Below are positions 8,853-17,946 of a stretch of DNA of 34,459 nucleotides, piece by piece. The translations under genes were made by a program, and so were the position numbers. Source of the stretch: Chitinophagaceae bacterium (lineage in GTDB: Bacteria > Bacteroidota > Bacteroidia > Chitinophagales > Chitinophagaceae); assembly GCA_947481355.1 (NCBI GenBank), contig CANKGM010000001.1, positions 1 through 34,459 on the forward strand, written 5' to 3'. How positions within the stretch are numbered: position 1 is the stretch's first letter; every line of letters begins with the position of its first letter. Under the pieces are notes generated by a model. That model was not told where the DNA came from and did not search any database. It saw nothing but the letters and a program-made list of their open reading frames with translations.

Positions 8853-9392
8853 ATGACAGGGCGCCGGGATTTTGAAATAGCTTTTGTTGGATTAAAACCA
8901 GGCATAACTGAGTTTGAGTATACTATAGGGGATACGTTCTTTGATGCAGAAAAATCAGCTGAATTCAGCAATTGCAATGCGACTATCAAGCTTTTACTTG
9001 ATAAACACGCTACGTTCCTCCAATTGAAATTTGAAGTTGGTGGAAAAACAGAAATGATTTGCAATCGCTGTGGTAATCCTTTAGAGATCAACTTGTGGGA
9101 CGACTTTGAAGTCCTTGTAAAAATGGTTGAAAACCCTGAGGAAATGAATGCCAGCAATGATGATCCAGATGTATTTTTCATTTCATGGAATGAAACTCAT
9201 CTAGATACACATGATTGGATTTATGAATTCGTTCAACTGAGTATGCCTACCCATCCAGTTTGTGAAAAAGATGAATTGGGCGAGTCTACCTGCAACAAAG
9301 ATGTACTAGCCATGCTAGAAAATTTGAAAGAAACAGAAGTAAAAAAAGAAAATACAATCTGGAAAGGATTGGATAAATTCAGAAATAACTAA
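8853..9392 (+). CDS. yceD: DUF177/YceD family protein
   Basis: CNRC motif, second Cys pair, C-terminal W..L motif, and conserved position directly upstream of rpmF. Confidence 0.88.
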   Translation: MTGRRDFEIAFVGLKPGITEFEYTIGDTFFDAEKSAEFSNCNATIKLLLDKHATFLQLKFEVGGKTEMICNRCGNPLEINLWDDFEVLVKMVENPEEMNASNDDPDVFFISWNETHLDTHDWIYEFVQLSMPTHPVCEKDELGESTCNKDVLAMLENLKETEVKKENTIWKGLDKFRNN

Positions 9393-9403
9393 AACAAGAA
9401 AAG

Positions 9404-9595
9404 ATGCCAAATCCAAAACGCCGTCATTCTCAACAAAGAAGTGCTAAGAGAAGGACACATTACAAGGCTGAAACAGTAACACTGAGCAAAGACTCAACTA
9501 CCGGAGAAATTCATGTTCGCCATCGTGCACATGTAAGCGAAGGAAAGCTGATGTACAAAGGCAAGGTAGTAGCGGAGAAGTCCCCTATCAACTGA
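9404..9595 (+). CDS. rpmF: 50S ribosomal protein L32 (Cys-free type)
   Basis: MPNPKRRHSQQRSAKRRTHYK...TTGEIHVRHRAH...YKG, the Bacteroidota-type L32. Confidence 0.97.
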   Translation: MPNPKRRHSQQRSAKRRTHYKAETVTLSKDSTTGEIHVRHRAHVSEGKLMYKGKVVAEKSPIN

Positions 9596-9614
9596 TAAAA
9601 AGCTTATTTTCAAT

Positions 9615-9659
9615 AAATTCCAACCACCACTTGAATAAAGTAGGTGCTTGGAATTTTTT
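9615..9659 (+). terminator. Imperfect stem-loop with U-tract between rpmF and plsX
   Basis: AAATTCCAA (9615-9623) pairs with TTGGAATTT (9648-9656), with inner CACC/GGTG and ACTT/AAGT pairs, running into a T tract. Confidence 0.5.
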
Positions 9660-9688
9660 ATTTAGATTAATCTGAGGATATTTGTACC

Positions 9689-10627
9689 ATGAATATTGGA
9701 CTTGACATGATGGGGGGCGATTACGCTCCTCTTGAAGCCATAAAAGGAATCAAACTATTTAGAGAAGCGAATCAAGATGCCCACCTAACACTCTTTGGAG
9801 ATGCAGAGGCAATTAAGCCCCTATTAGTTGAATATGGCATTGACCAAAACGCCTGTACACTTGTGCACACTACACAGGTTATAGACATGCATGAGCATCC
9901 TACCAAGGCCATGCGCGAGAAACCAGATTCATCTATTTCCATTGGATTTCAACACCTCGCAAAAGGAAATGTAGATGCATTCATAAGTGCAGGTAATACA
10001 GGAGCAATGATGGTCGGCTCTTTATTTAGTATCAAAGCCATTGAAGGTATTCATCGCCCAACTATTGGAGCATATATGCCAAGAGAAAACGGTAAACTTG
10101 GCTGGCTACTTGATGCAGGAATCAATTCAGATTGCAAACCAGAAAACCTAGTTCAATTTGCCATTTTAGGATCACTGTTTGCTGAGCAAGTACTTAATAT
10201 TCCATCACCTAGGGTTGGATTGATTAACATTGGAGAGGAAGAAGGAAAAGGAAATATATTAGCACAGGCAGCTTACCCACTTCTTAAGGAAGAAACTTCG
10301 ATAAATTTCATAGGCAATATAGAAGGTAGAGATATCTTTCTAGACAAAGCAGATGTAATGGTTTGTGAAGGTTTCACTGGGAATGTAGTATTAAAGCTTG
10401 CCGAAAGTGTGTACCCCTTTATTCAAGCTAGGGGAATCAAAGATCCGTTTTTTGACATGTTTGAATTTGAACAATATGGTGGTGTCCCTGTTCTTGGTGT
10501 GAACAAGCCAGTTATTATTGGTCATGGCATTTCACATGCCAAGGCATTTAAGAACATGATTACCCTTGCTGAACGAATGATTCAAAAAGATCTGCTTGGA
10601 AAAATAAAAAATAAGTTTACGACGTAA
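9689..10627 (+). CDS. plsX: Phosphate acyltransferase PlsX
   Basis: IGLDMMGGDYAP, SAGNTGA, RP, LLDAGIN, NIGEEEGKG, FIGNIEG, CEGFTGNVVLK and GHG motifs. Confidence 0.97.
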   Translation: MNIGLDMMGGDYAPLEAIKGIKLFREANQDAHLTLFGDAEAIKPLLVEYGIDQNACTLVHTTQVIDMHEHPTKAMREKPDSSISIGFQHLAKGNVDAFISAGNTGAMMVGSLFSIKAIEGIHRPTIGAYMPRENGKLGWLLDAGINSDCKPENLVQFAILGSLFAEQVLNIPSPRVGLINIGEEEGKGNILAQAAYPLLKEETSINFIGNIEGRDIFLDKADVMVCEGFTGNVVLKLAESVYPFIQARGIKDPFFDMFEFEQYGGVPVLGVNKPVIIGHGISHAKAFKNMITLAERMIQKDLLGKIKNKFTT

Positions 10628-11714
10628 CTTTTCGGTTTGATGGCATAAAATAAACAATAAAAAATGCCGAAATAAGAATTCCTAGAATAAATCCAGCAGG
10701 AATAAATACATACCACTTCCACTCATTCTTTTTTAATGGCAGTTCAGGACTATCAATAATTTCTATTGTTGGCGTTTCTTGAATTAATGCAGTTTTACTA
10801 ATATCTAAACTCTTATTCAAATCGCTATAAATCAGACTCAAAAGAGATTTGTCTCTACGCGAAATCTCTAAATCAGCTTCTGTATTTATAAAAGATGGAT
10901 TTGCGTTTATTAAATCCTTTGATATGCTGGTATAGGTGCGCTGATTCAATAGATACGAAACGCTATCTGCCTTATGCTGTAATCTCTCTGCATTCACCCG
11001 CAACCTTCTTGTTTTAGTGTCAATATATAACTTAGAAACCTGATCTAGTAATCGAAGACTGATCAACTGAGTTAATCGTTCGTTCTTTGTGGTTAGTTCT
11101 AAGCTGAAAATGCTTAATTTTTTATCAGGCTTGTACACTGAAAGCTCCTTTTCGATTATACGTTTATTGATAATTTGAAGGAGGCTATCCTCAGCCCTAC
11201 TGCGAATGCCAGTTTCTAATGGTGTTGAAGTTGGAAGAAACATTTCTTTCTTTCCCACTTTAGCCAGGAACTTATCTGCATAGCCATAGGATGATGCATA
11301 CGCCCAAGCAAGGGACCGTGTGGTATCTTCCGGATCAGATGACAATAGCACTTTCTTTAAAAGAGTTGGACTCTTAAGTAATTCAAGAATATTGTCTCCT
11401 GCCAATATCCCAGAGTTTCCAGAAAGAGAGCTCATATCTAGCCCTACTTGCCCAGCCAATGCAGAAAATAACCCCCCTGAAGTTTGTTTGTTTTCTTCAA
11501 TAACAAAATTTACCCTACCAGTATAGGTGACACTTTTAAGTAAAGCAAACGATCCAGCTAAAAAAGATAACACAATACCACAATAAATAATTGTTCTACT
11601 ATGTCGCTTTAATTTTGTCATTCTTTGTAGGTTTTGAATCCATACTTGACCCAATTTAAATTCGGGTTCTTCCCCAAGCAAATTATGCTCTATTCGTTTT
11701 TTCTCTTGATTCAT
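10617..11714 (-). CDS. Polysaccharide co-polymerase / chain-length determinant (Wzz-like, no kinase domain)
   Basis: Two TM helices flanking a periplasmic coiled-coil region, with ETPTIEIIDSPELP before TM2. No Walker A or Tyr cluster. Confidence 0.8.
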   Translation of the reverse strand: MNQEKKRIEHNLLGEEPEFKLGQVWIQNLQRMTKLKRHSRTIIYCGIVLSFLAGSFALLKSVTYTGRVNFVIEENKQTSGGLFSALAGQVGLDMSSLSGNSGILAGDNILELLKSPTLLKKVLLSSDPEDTTRSLAWAYASSYGYADKFLAKVGKKEMFLPTSTPLETGIRSRAEDSLLQIINKRIIEKELSVYKPDKKLSIFSLELTTKNERLTQLISLRLLDQVSKLYIDTKTRRLRVNAERLQHKADSVSYLLNQRTYTSISKDLINANPSFINTEADLEISRRDKSLLSLIYSDLNKSLDISKTALIQETPTIEIIDSPELPLKKNEWKWYVFIPAGFILGILISAFFIVYFMPSNRKVTS

Positions 11715-11753
11715 TCGTTCCCGTTTAAGGCAAATTAATACATTTAAAGGCGA

Positions 11754-13463
11754 TTACAAACCCAAAGAGCAGCCTGCACTAAATTGATAATACATCTTGG
11801 AATTGAAGTCAGGAGAATATAGCTTAATCTCCTGACGAGCGAGTTGGCCAAAAAAGTAAAGATTATTAATCCATTCATAGGATACCCTACCGCTTGTTGT
11901 CCAACGCTTTTGCTGAAGACCAAACAAAAAATCAGGTTGAGGCTGCTGAAAATATTGTTGTTCTGTAGTGCCTGCAGATCCTTTACGGATTTGTTCAAGT
12001 CGGAACACCACCCTCATACGAGGGATAGGGATATACTTTGCCTCCACGATCAATCTGTCTGCATTATTGCCCATCCAATCACCAATCAAATACCCATTAT
12101 TACTGTATTCCTGAGCAGGTAGTAAGTTTTGATATACAAAAGGATTAATACGTGTATAATCTATACTACATGTTAGATTTGGAAAAAAAGGAAAATTAGT
12201 AACTGAACCGCCAACATTAAATCCAATTTGAGTACGATTTCGTCTTGCACTAAATATTGCAGATGGGCTAAACTCATCCACCAAAATCGAGGTATAGAGG
12301 TGTGTATTTTTAAGTTGATTACGCGAAGAGAGTTGAACGAAAAATTGGGTATTAGAACCCGCGTTAATATTCGTACCAGAAATATATTGATCCCAAGCTT
12401 TATAAAACATCAAGGGAAGGACATACCCAAGTTGAATACGATCATTATACACAACAGATTCACCTAACATCAGGGTTAATCCTTTTTTAAGTCGTAATGA
12501 AAATGCATGTGAAACCATGTACTTGGGAATCATTTTAAATCGTTGTCCTCCAAAGACACCCCCATTTGAAACAATATAACTATTTGGCGTATCTACTAAC
12601 CGAGATGCTAACACAGCATGCATATATTCAAACTTCAGCCATGGTAAAATTTGCTGAGTTAATCTAATGTAAGGGAAACTGGGAGGCTTTGTAGAAAAGA
12701 TAAGATTACCATTGAGCCCATATCCACTTACATATTGTTCTTTACCTACTGCAAACAATCCATTCTTCCATTGGTAAGTCATGGTTGCTCTTACATCAGC
12801 ATAATTTAATGTTTTAGTACCAGGATGAACAGATGCTATATACCCTTGTTGAGGTGTAAGTTTTTTATCGAAGTCAATTCCAGTCCCCTCCTCATTGATA
12901 TCCTTGTAGTGTAGTTGTAGTCCAAATCGCTTGCCTAATGATGCCCAAATTTGAAGGCCAGTTGCTTTATATATAGATGTTTTTTTATCATTTGAAGAAA
13001 AAACAGATCCTTGTATAACAGGCTCAATATTAAATTGAAATGGTTGCAGTAGATTCCTAGTATTTTGACCAGGTGAATGCAGGGAATCTATCTTAGACAA
13101 AAAACGGATTCTACCTCGTGGATCTTTCTTAAACCATCTTTCCTTAACGCTATTTACACTCCCTTCGCTTATACCAAGTCCAAATTCTTTAATATGAAAC
13201 AGGAGTTCACTGCGTTCAACTGTATTGAGTGATGTTTTTTGGGTATTATATGCTGAATCAAGTTCATTTAGGTATGCCGCAATTTGATTGCGTGTCAGTG
13301 GCCTTATCATATCATCTATGATGATGTTACCCCTTAGTGCTTGCCGATTCAAGTACTCGTAAATACTATTGTCTACATTTTCAAAAACAGCCTGTGAATA
13401 GCTTGAAATTGAAACAATCAAGGATAGTAAAAGTAGTATTGTTCGAACTAATTTAATATGCAT
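11754..13463 (-). CDS. Capsule assembly Wzi-like outer-membrane protein (copy 1, divergent)
   Basis: Start re-called at ATG 13463 (MHIKLVRTILLLLSLIVSISSYS-Q signal peptide), overlapping the wcaJ stop by 11 bp. GK...GYGLNGNLIFS..PPSFPYIR, GESVVY and IGDWMGNNAD motifs; amphipathic beta-strands. Confidence 0.65.
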   Translation of the reverse strand: MHIKLVRTILLLLSLIVSISSYSQAVFENVDNSIYEYLNRQALRGNIIIDDMIRPLTRNQIAAYLNELDSAYNTQKTSLNTVERSELLFHIKEFGLGISEGSVNSVKERWFKKDPRGRIRFLSKIDSLHSPGQNTRNLLQPFQFNIEPVIQGSVFSSNDKKTSIYKATGLQIWASLGKRFGLQLHYKDINEEGTGIDFDKKLTPQQGYIASVHPGTKTLNYADVRATMTYQWKNGLFAVGKEQYVSGYGLNGNLIFSTKPPSFPYIRLTQQILPWLKFEYMHAVLASRLVDTPNSYIVSNGGVFGGQRFKMIPKYMVSHAFSLRLKKGLTLMLGESVVYNDRIQLGYVLPLMFYKAWDQYISGTNINAGSNTQFFVQLSSRNQLKNTHLYTSILVDEFSPSAIFSARRNRTQIGFNVGGSVTNFPFFPNLTCSIDYTRINPFVYQNLLPAQEYSNNGYLIGDWMGNNADRLIVEAKYIPIPRMRVVFRLEQIRKGSAGTTEQQYFQQPQPDFLFGLQQKRWTTSGRVSYEWINNLYFFGQLARQEIKLYSPDFNSKMYYQFSAGCSLGL

Positions 13464-14862
13464 TTTGGTCTCCCCTAAAGATGTTGATAATGGTTTGAAG
13501 TACGATTTGGATATCAAAAAAGATATTCCAGCGATGAATGTAGTATAAATCGTGGTCAACTCTTTTTTGCATATCCGCTATACTCTTTGTCTCTCCCCTA
13601 TAGCCATTTACTTGTGCCCAGCCAGAAATGCCTGGCTTAACAATATGCCTTAACATATAATTTTCAACAGTCTCAATTGATGCCATATTAAGTGGGACGG
13701 GGTGTGGCCTTGGACCGATAACTGACATATTACCAATCATTACATTCCAGAATTGAGGTAATTCATCAAGGCTGGTTTTACGTAAAAATTTACCTAATCG
13801 TGTAACCCTTGGATCATTCACTTTAGCTTGAGCATAATTTCCAGCAGCATCTAGTTCTGCACTATCAATAGACATAGAGCGAAATTTATAACACACAATC
13901 TGTTCATTAGACAAGCCCCATCTTATTTGCTTAAATAATATTGGGCCTTTAGAAGAAAATTTGATCAATAATGACAAGAGGGGTAAAAGCCAAATACCAA
14001 TGAAAAGAAAAAATAGTGTTGAAAAGATTAAATCAAATAACCGCTTCATTGTCCGATTTTCCCATCTATCTAAAGGAAGCTTCTTGTAGTTCAATACAGG
14101 CATTATACCAAGATCAGCAACTTCAATATTAGCATTGGTATATTTTTCAAGATCTGGAATTAACCTTACTTTTCTATGGTATTGTTCACAAATTTGTATA
14201 ATCCTCTTTACAGCACCAGCCTCTGCATTTGACAAAGCAAGTATAATTTCTTGGGTAGGTTGAACCTTCAAAATAGCTTCCAATTCTGAAAGATTTCCTA
14301 GATAAGGTACGTTTTGAATATTTACTTTTTCATCATCGATAATTCCGGAACAGTGGTATCCATAATAGGTAAATCGCTCTACCATTTCAATGAAATCGGA
14401 ACCAGATCGAGTATAACCAATCAATATAAAATGCTCAGTCAATTCTCCTTTATAAATAAGATAGTGTGTGTACTTTCTTATGATGTATTTAAAGAGTACA
14501 GAGAATAAAAAAATCAGCCCGAAGAAAAGTGCCCAAAAATCATTTGAAATACTTTTGGTTGAGAAGAGATAAAAAAAACAAGAACTACTCAATAAAACGG
14601 TAATTGAAATATTGTAAAATGAAACAATAATTTCTTCTGAGAATTTTTTTGTCCTTCGGTCTATGTATAATTTAGAAAAAATACCACCCAGAAACCAAGA
14701 TGATGTCATAATGAGTAATACCAACAAGAATTCCTTCCTAGAAACCAATATTAAGTTGCTTTCATAGACATAAAAAGCTATCCCAAAAGACAAAAAAATG
14801 GCAAATAGGTCAGCTATATATTTTGATTGTACATAAAGCAGGTGCGAACGACTCAACTTCAT
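13453..14862 (-). CDS. wcaJ: Undecaprenyl-phosphate hexose-1-phosphate transferase (WcaJ/GumD family)
   Basis: Four N-terminal TMs, a CoA-binding-like domain, then KRLFD, KFRSM, DPRVT..G.FLRKTSLDELPQFWNV..G.MSVIGPRP and KPGISGWAQVNGYRGET. Confidence 0.92.
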   Translation of the reverse strand: MKLSRSHLLYVQSKYIADLFAIFLSFGIAFYVYESNLILVSRKEFLLVLLIMTSSWFLGGIFSKLYIDRRTKKFSEEIIVSFYNISITVLLSSSCFFYLFSTKSISNDFWALFFGLIFLFSVLFKYIIRKYTHYLIYKGELTEHFILIGYTRSGSDFIEMVERFTYYGYHCSGIIDDEKVNIQNVPYLGNLSELEAILKVQPTQEIILALSNAEAGAVKRIIQICEQYHRKVRLIPDLEKYTNANIEVADLGIMPVLNYKKLPLDRWENRTMKRLFDLIFSTLFFLFIGIWLLPLLSLLIKFSSKGPILFKQIRWGLSNEQIVCYKFRSMSIDSAELDAAGNYAQAKVNDPRVTRLGKFLRKTSLDELPQFWNVMIGNMSVIGPRPHPVPLNMASIETVENYMLRHIVKPGISGWAQVNGYRGETKSIADMQKRVDHDLYYIHRWNIFFDIQIVLQTIINIFRGDQNAY

Positions 14863-14905
14863 GTGATAAAATTAAAGTTTTTATACTATTTGAAGGCAGT
14901 TGCTA

Positions 14906-16063
14906 TCAGAATGTGCGAAAGAGTTTTAACCAATTGGACTCAAATGCCTCCAAGGAAAAACACTCATTAACCCGTTGACTTCCTTTTTGACCCATCTGAC
15001 GCATCTTTTCGGTGTCTAACAACAGCAACCGGAGGGTTTCTGCAGCCTTTTTGTGGTCATCTAAAGGAATGAAAGAGCCTGTTTCACCATCAAGTATCAT
15101 TTCGGAGGCACCTCCTTGGAGGGTAGCTAAGACAGGTTTTCCAGAAGCCATTGCTTCTAACACGACAGTTGGCAAAGGATCAGGCAACAAGGAAGGGAGT
15201 ACTAATAAGTCAATAGATGCAAGTATTGCTGGAACATCCCTTCGGTATCCAATATAAAATACCTTATCGACTAGTTCTTTATCAATAATAGACTGCTGAA
15301 GTTCCTCTACATAATACTCATATCCTGGATAGGCATCCCCAACCATAATTGCATATACATTCAAATCAGACACTTTCATCTCATCAAAAAAGCTTTTCAT
15401 TATGTTTAAAAAATAAGCCTGGCCTTTCCAGGGTTGGACACGACCCACCATAGCAATAAGGATTGCATTATGCGTATTTTTCAAGGTAAAAGGAAATTCA
15501 GAATCATTTAGGGAAACGGCATGTTTAAAATCACTGGTTGGGATACCATTATGCAGTAAGTGAATATCTAATTTAGTTGATTGTTTCATCCAAAAATCCC
15601 TTGTAGCAGCAGAAACTGCAATAACTTGATTTGATTTTTCAATCAACCTAACTAAAAAATATTTAAGTATGGATGGAGTCTCAACAATTTCATGCAAATG
15701 CCAAATTAAGGGAAGTCCAGTCAACGATTTTAATATTGGACCAAGAATGACATTTGCGGAATTAATATAAATCGTTGAAACAGTATACTTCTTAATCAGT
15801 CGAGTTATCTTATATGTGGATGAGAGCCAAAGCACTACTCTACCTAGTATTCCCCATGGGGTAAAATAGCGCCTTCTCAATACCCCCACATTCACAATAC
15901 AAACTTCAACGCCTAAATCTTCTAGCTCATAAACTAATGTTCCATGATGGGGTAATATCACTACTACATCTTCTTTTTCTCGAACACATACTTTTACAAT
16001 TTGCAGTAAAATTTTTGCAGAACCGTATAAATCAGCACTCCCATGTATAAAAAGTGTTGACAT
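14906..16063 (-). CDS. Glycosyltransferase family 4
   Basis: GT-B pattern: DLYGS, WHLHE, AVS, VGRVQPWKGQ, PSLLPDPLPTVVLEAMASGKPV. Confidence 0.92.
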   Translation of the reverse strand: MSTLFIHGSADLYGSAKILLQIVKVCVREKEDVVVILPHHGTLVYELEDLGVEVCIVNVGVLRRRYFTPWGILGRVVLWLSSTYKITRLIKKYTVSTIYINSANVILGPILKSLTGLPLIWHLHEIVETPSILKYFLVRLIEKSNQVIAVSAATRDFWMKQSTKLDIHLLHNGIPTSDFKHAVSLNDSEFPFTLKNTHNAILIAMVGRVQPWKGQAYFLNIMKSFFDEMKVSDLNVYAIMVGDAYPGYEYYVEELQQSIIDKELVDKVFYIGYRRDVPAILASIDLLVLPSLLPDPLPTVVLEAMASGKPVLATLQGGASEMILDGETGSFIPLDDHKKAAETLRLLLLDTEKMRQMGQKGSQRVNECFSLEAFESNWLKLFRTF

Positions 16064-16065
16064 GG

Positions 16066-16737
16066 TTAGTTAGTTATAGCTTCAACAATAAGGTTATCAA
16101 TAGACCAGGACTTATTGCAATTAGTTCCTTGTAATGCATCATTCAACTGTAACACTAGTACAGAATCCACATGAGGCCTTGAAAACGAAATTCTATATTT
16201 AGAAGTCCCATTAAATCGATCTTTGTAGGCACAGACTCCCGGCAATAAGGTATCGATTGAATTCCCTCTAGCGGGAGCAGGGACGCCTACTCCAATCCAA
16301 TCAGGATATGACTGTTTATTATTTGGTGTATTGGAAAACGTAGTAGATAATTGATACTGATTGTTAACACGAACATTCCATACATCAACAATTCCGTTAA
16401 TACTTTTTTTATTTCCCTCCCATCCATCATGAGCATAAAAATCAAACCCTACATAAACCATATTGTGAGGAGGAAGTCTGTATACTTTTAGGGTAACTAG
16501 CGTATTATTAAACATACCTAATACTTTCGTTCCATTAAATGGATTAACCAAATTATTGAGAGTCTCTCCCCAACCAGTCACTGCCGTTATGTTTTTAGAG
16601 TCATTTGTTTCGAAATTTTGTGCATATACAGCCTCTCTAATGGTCAGATTTTTTTTGCACCCCAACAGGCATGAAAAAAAGATCATTAGCAACAAAACGA
16701 GTACTTGATTTTTATAGCGACTAACTGAATTAAACAT
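16066..16737 (-). CDS. Putative lipoprotein with lectin-like beta-sandwich domain
   Basis: Lipobox LLG-C followed by KK; beta-rich motifs LPPH, FDFYAHDGWEG, TTFSN, QSYP, SWSIDN. Start 16737 is preferred because ATG 16752 abuts the -7 promoter element. Confidence 0.65.
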   Translation of the reverse strand: MFNSVSRYKNQVLVLLLMIFFSCLLGCKKNLTIREAVYAQNFETNDSKNITAVTGWGETLNNLVNPFNGTKVLGMFNNTLVTLKVYRLPPHNMVYVGFDFYAHDGWEGNKKSINGIVDVWNVRVNNQYQLSTTFSNTPNNKQSYPDWIGVGVPAPARGNSIDTLLPGVCAYKDRFNGTSKYRISFSRPHVDSVLVLQLNDALQGTNCNKSWSIDNLIVEAITN

Positions 16738-16753
16738 AGTAGGTAATGACATC

Positions 16754-16794
16754 CAAATATACCCGAATTTGTCCTATTTTTAGAGGTATATTTA
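16754..16794. promoter_or_regulatory. Back-to-back divergent promoters with mirror -7 elements
   Basis: Minus-strand GGGTATATTTG (16754-16764) and plus-strand GGTATATTTA (16785-16794) form a 9-bp inverted repeat AAATATACC-N21-GGTATATTT. Confidence 0.6.
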
Positions 16795-16807
16795 ACTTCA
16801 ACTCAAA

Positions 16808-17944
16808 TTGAATAAACCTGTTTGTATAGGAATCGATACACGTGACCTAAAGTTGGCTACAACAGGCACCAAAACATACCTTTCGGAATTACTAAAAGGC
16901 ATAAACAATACGAATAAACAAGATTATTCTATCATTGAGTTCAGCTCCTTTTGGAAGCCCTATTGGGGTAACAATATCTTTGGGAAAATCTATGAACACA
17001 TCAGTTTTTTTATTTGGAAACAGTTAACCCTGCCGGTCAAAACGTTTTTGGCTAAATCAGAAGTACTGATTTGTACCGACTACTATTTACCCTTACTTAA
17101 ATTGAAGGCGAGGCATATTGTTGTGTTTCATGATGCCTTATTTTTTGACCACCCATCCTATTACAACCCTGCTTGGCTCAAGTGGTTCAAATTCATTTCG
17201 CTCAATGCAGCAAAACAAGCGGATGCCATTATTGTACCCTCTACTTTTTCGCTATCTAGGCTTAGTGTCTTTCTGCCTTTCCTGAAAGAAAAAATGCATG
17301 TAATTTACCAAGGGCCAAAAACAATAGAACTTAGAATTTCTCCAACTAAAACAACTCAATTAGCTTTAGATGAAATTGGAGACACCCCATTCCTTTTGCA
17401 TGTAGGTGGTTTGGAGAAGAGAAAAAATATCCCTTTTTTAATAAAAGCATTACACGAAGTAAGAAAAAAGAAGAATATCAAACTACTTTTAGTGGGAAGA
17501 CCAAATCCCAAAATATACAACAACAGTCATCAAGAAATCATTGAAACCATCAAAAACTTAAATCTTGAAAACGACGTCTATTTTACTGGTTACGTGGAAG
17601 ACGAAGATTTACCATTTTTATACAAAAAAGCAATCGCATACGTCCTACCTTCAACTTATGAAGGATTTGGAATACCTATACTGGAAGGGTTCCAATATCA
17701 TCTACCTGTGCTCATTGCAAACAATTCATGCTTAACTGAAATTGGAGGTGATGCAGTATCAACTTTCTCGCCATTCCATTTGAATGAACTAGTTGATAGC
17801 ATAAATGAAATAGTAGAAAATTCTGCACTTAGAAATTCATTAATAGAAAAAGGAATACATAGACTCGCCCATTTCAATTGGAATAAATCTGCATCAGATT
17901 ACATCAACATCATTGATAGCATCACCAAATCGAAGGCAAACTAA
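16808..17944 (+). CDS. Glycosyltransferase family 4 (MtfB/WbaZ-like)
   Basis: IGIDTR, VFHD, VGGLEKRKNI, PSTYEGFGIPILEG motifs; TTG start. Confidence 0.92.
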   Translation: MNKPVCIGIDTRDLKLATTGTKTYLSELLKGINNTNKQDYSIIEFSSFWKPYWGNNIFGKIYEHISFFIWKQLTLPVKTFLAKSEVLICTDYYLPLLKLKARHIVVFHDALFFDHPSYYNPAWLKWFKFISLNAAKQADAIIVPSTFSLSRLSVFLPFLKEKMHVIYQGPKTIELRISPTKTTQLALDEIGDTPFLLHVGGLEKRKNIPFLIKALHEVRKKKNIKLLLVGRPNPKIYNNSHQEIIETIKNLNLENDVYFTGYVEDEDLPFLYKKAIAYVLPSTYEGFGIPILEGFQYHLPVLIANNSCLTEIGGDAVSTFSPFHLNELVDSINEIVENSALRNSLIEKGIHRLAHFNWNKSASDYINIIDSITKSKAN

Positions 17945-17946
17945 CT

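Noticed and set aside
13464-13559. ORF-track N-terminal extension of Wzi-like copy 1 (likewise 6434-6493 and 25757-25777)
   Set aside because: It would overlap wcaJ by 107 bp and bury the signal peptide; the downstream ATGs give cleaner signal sequences.
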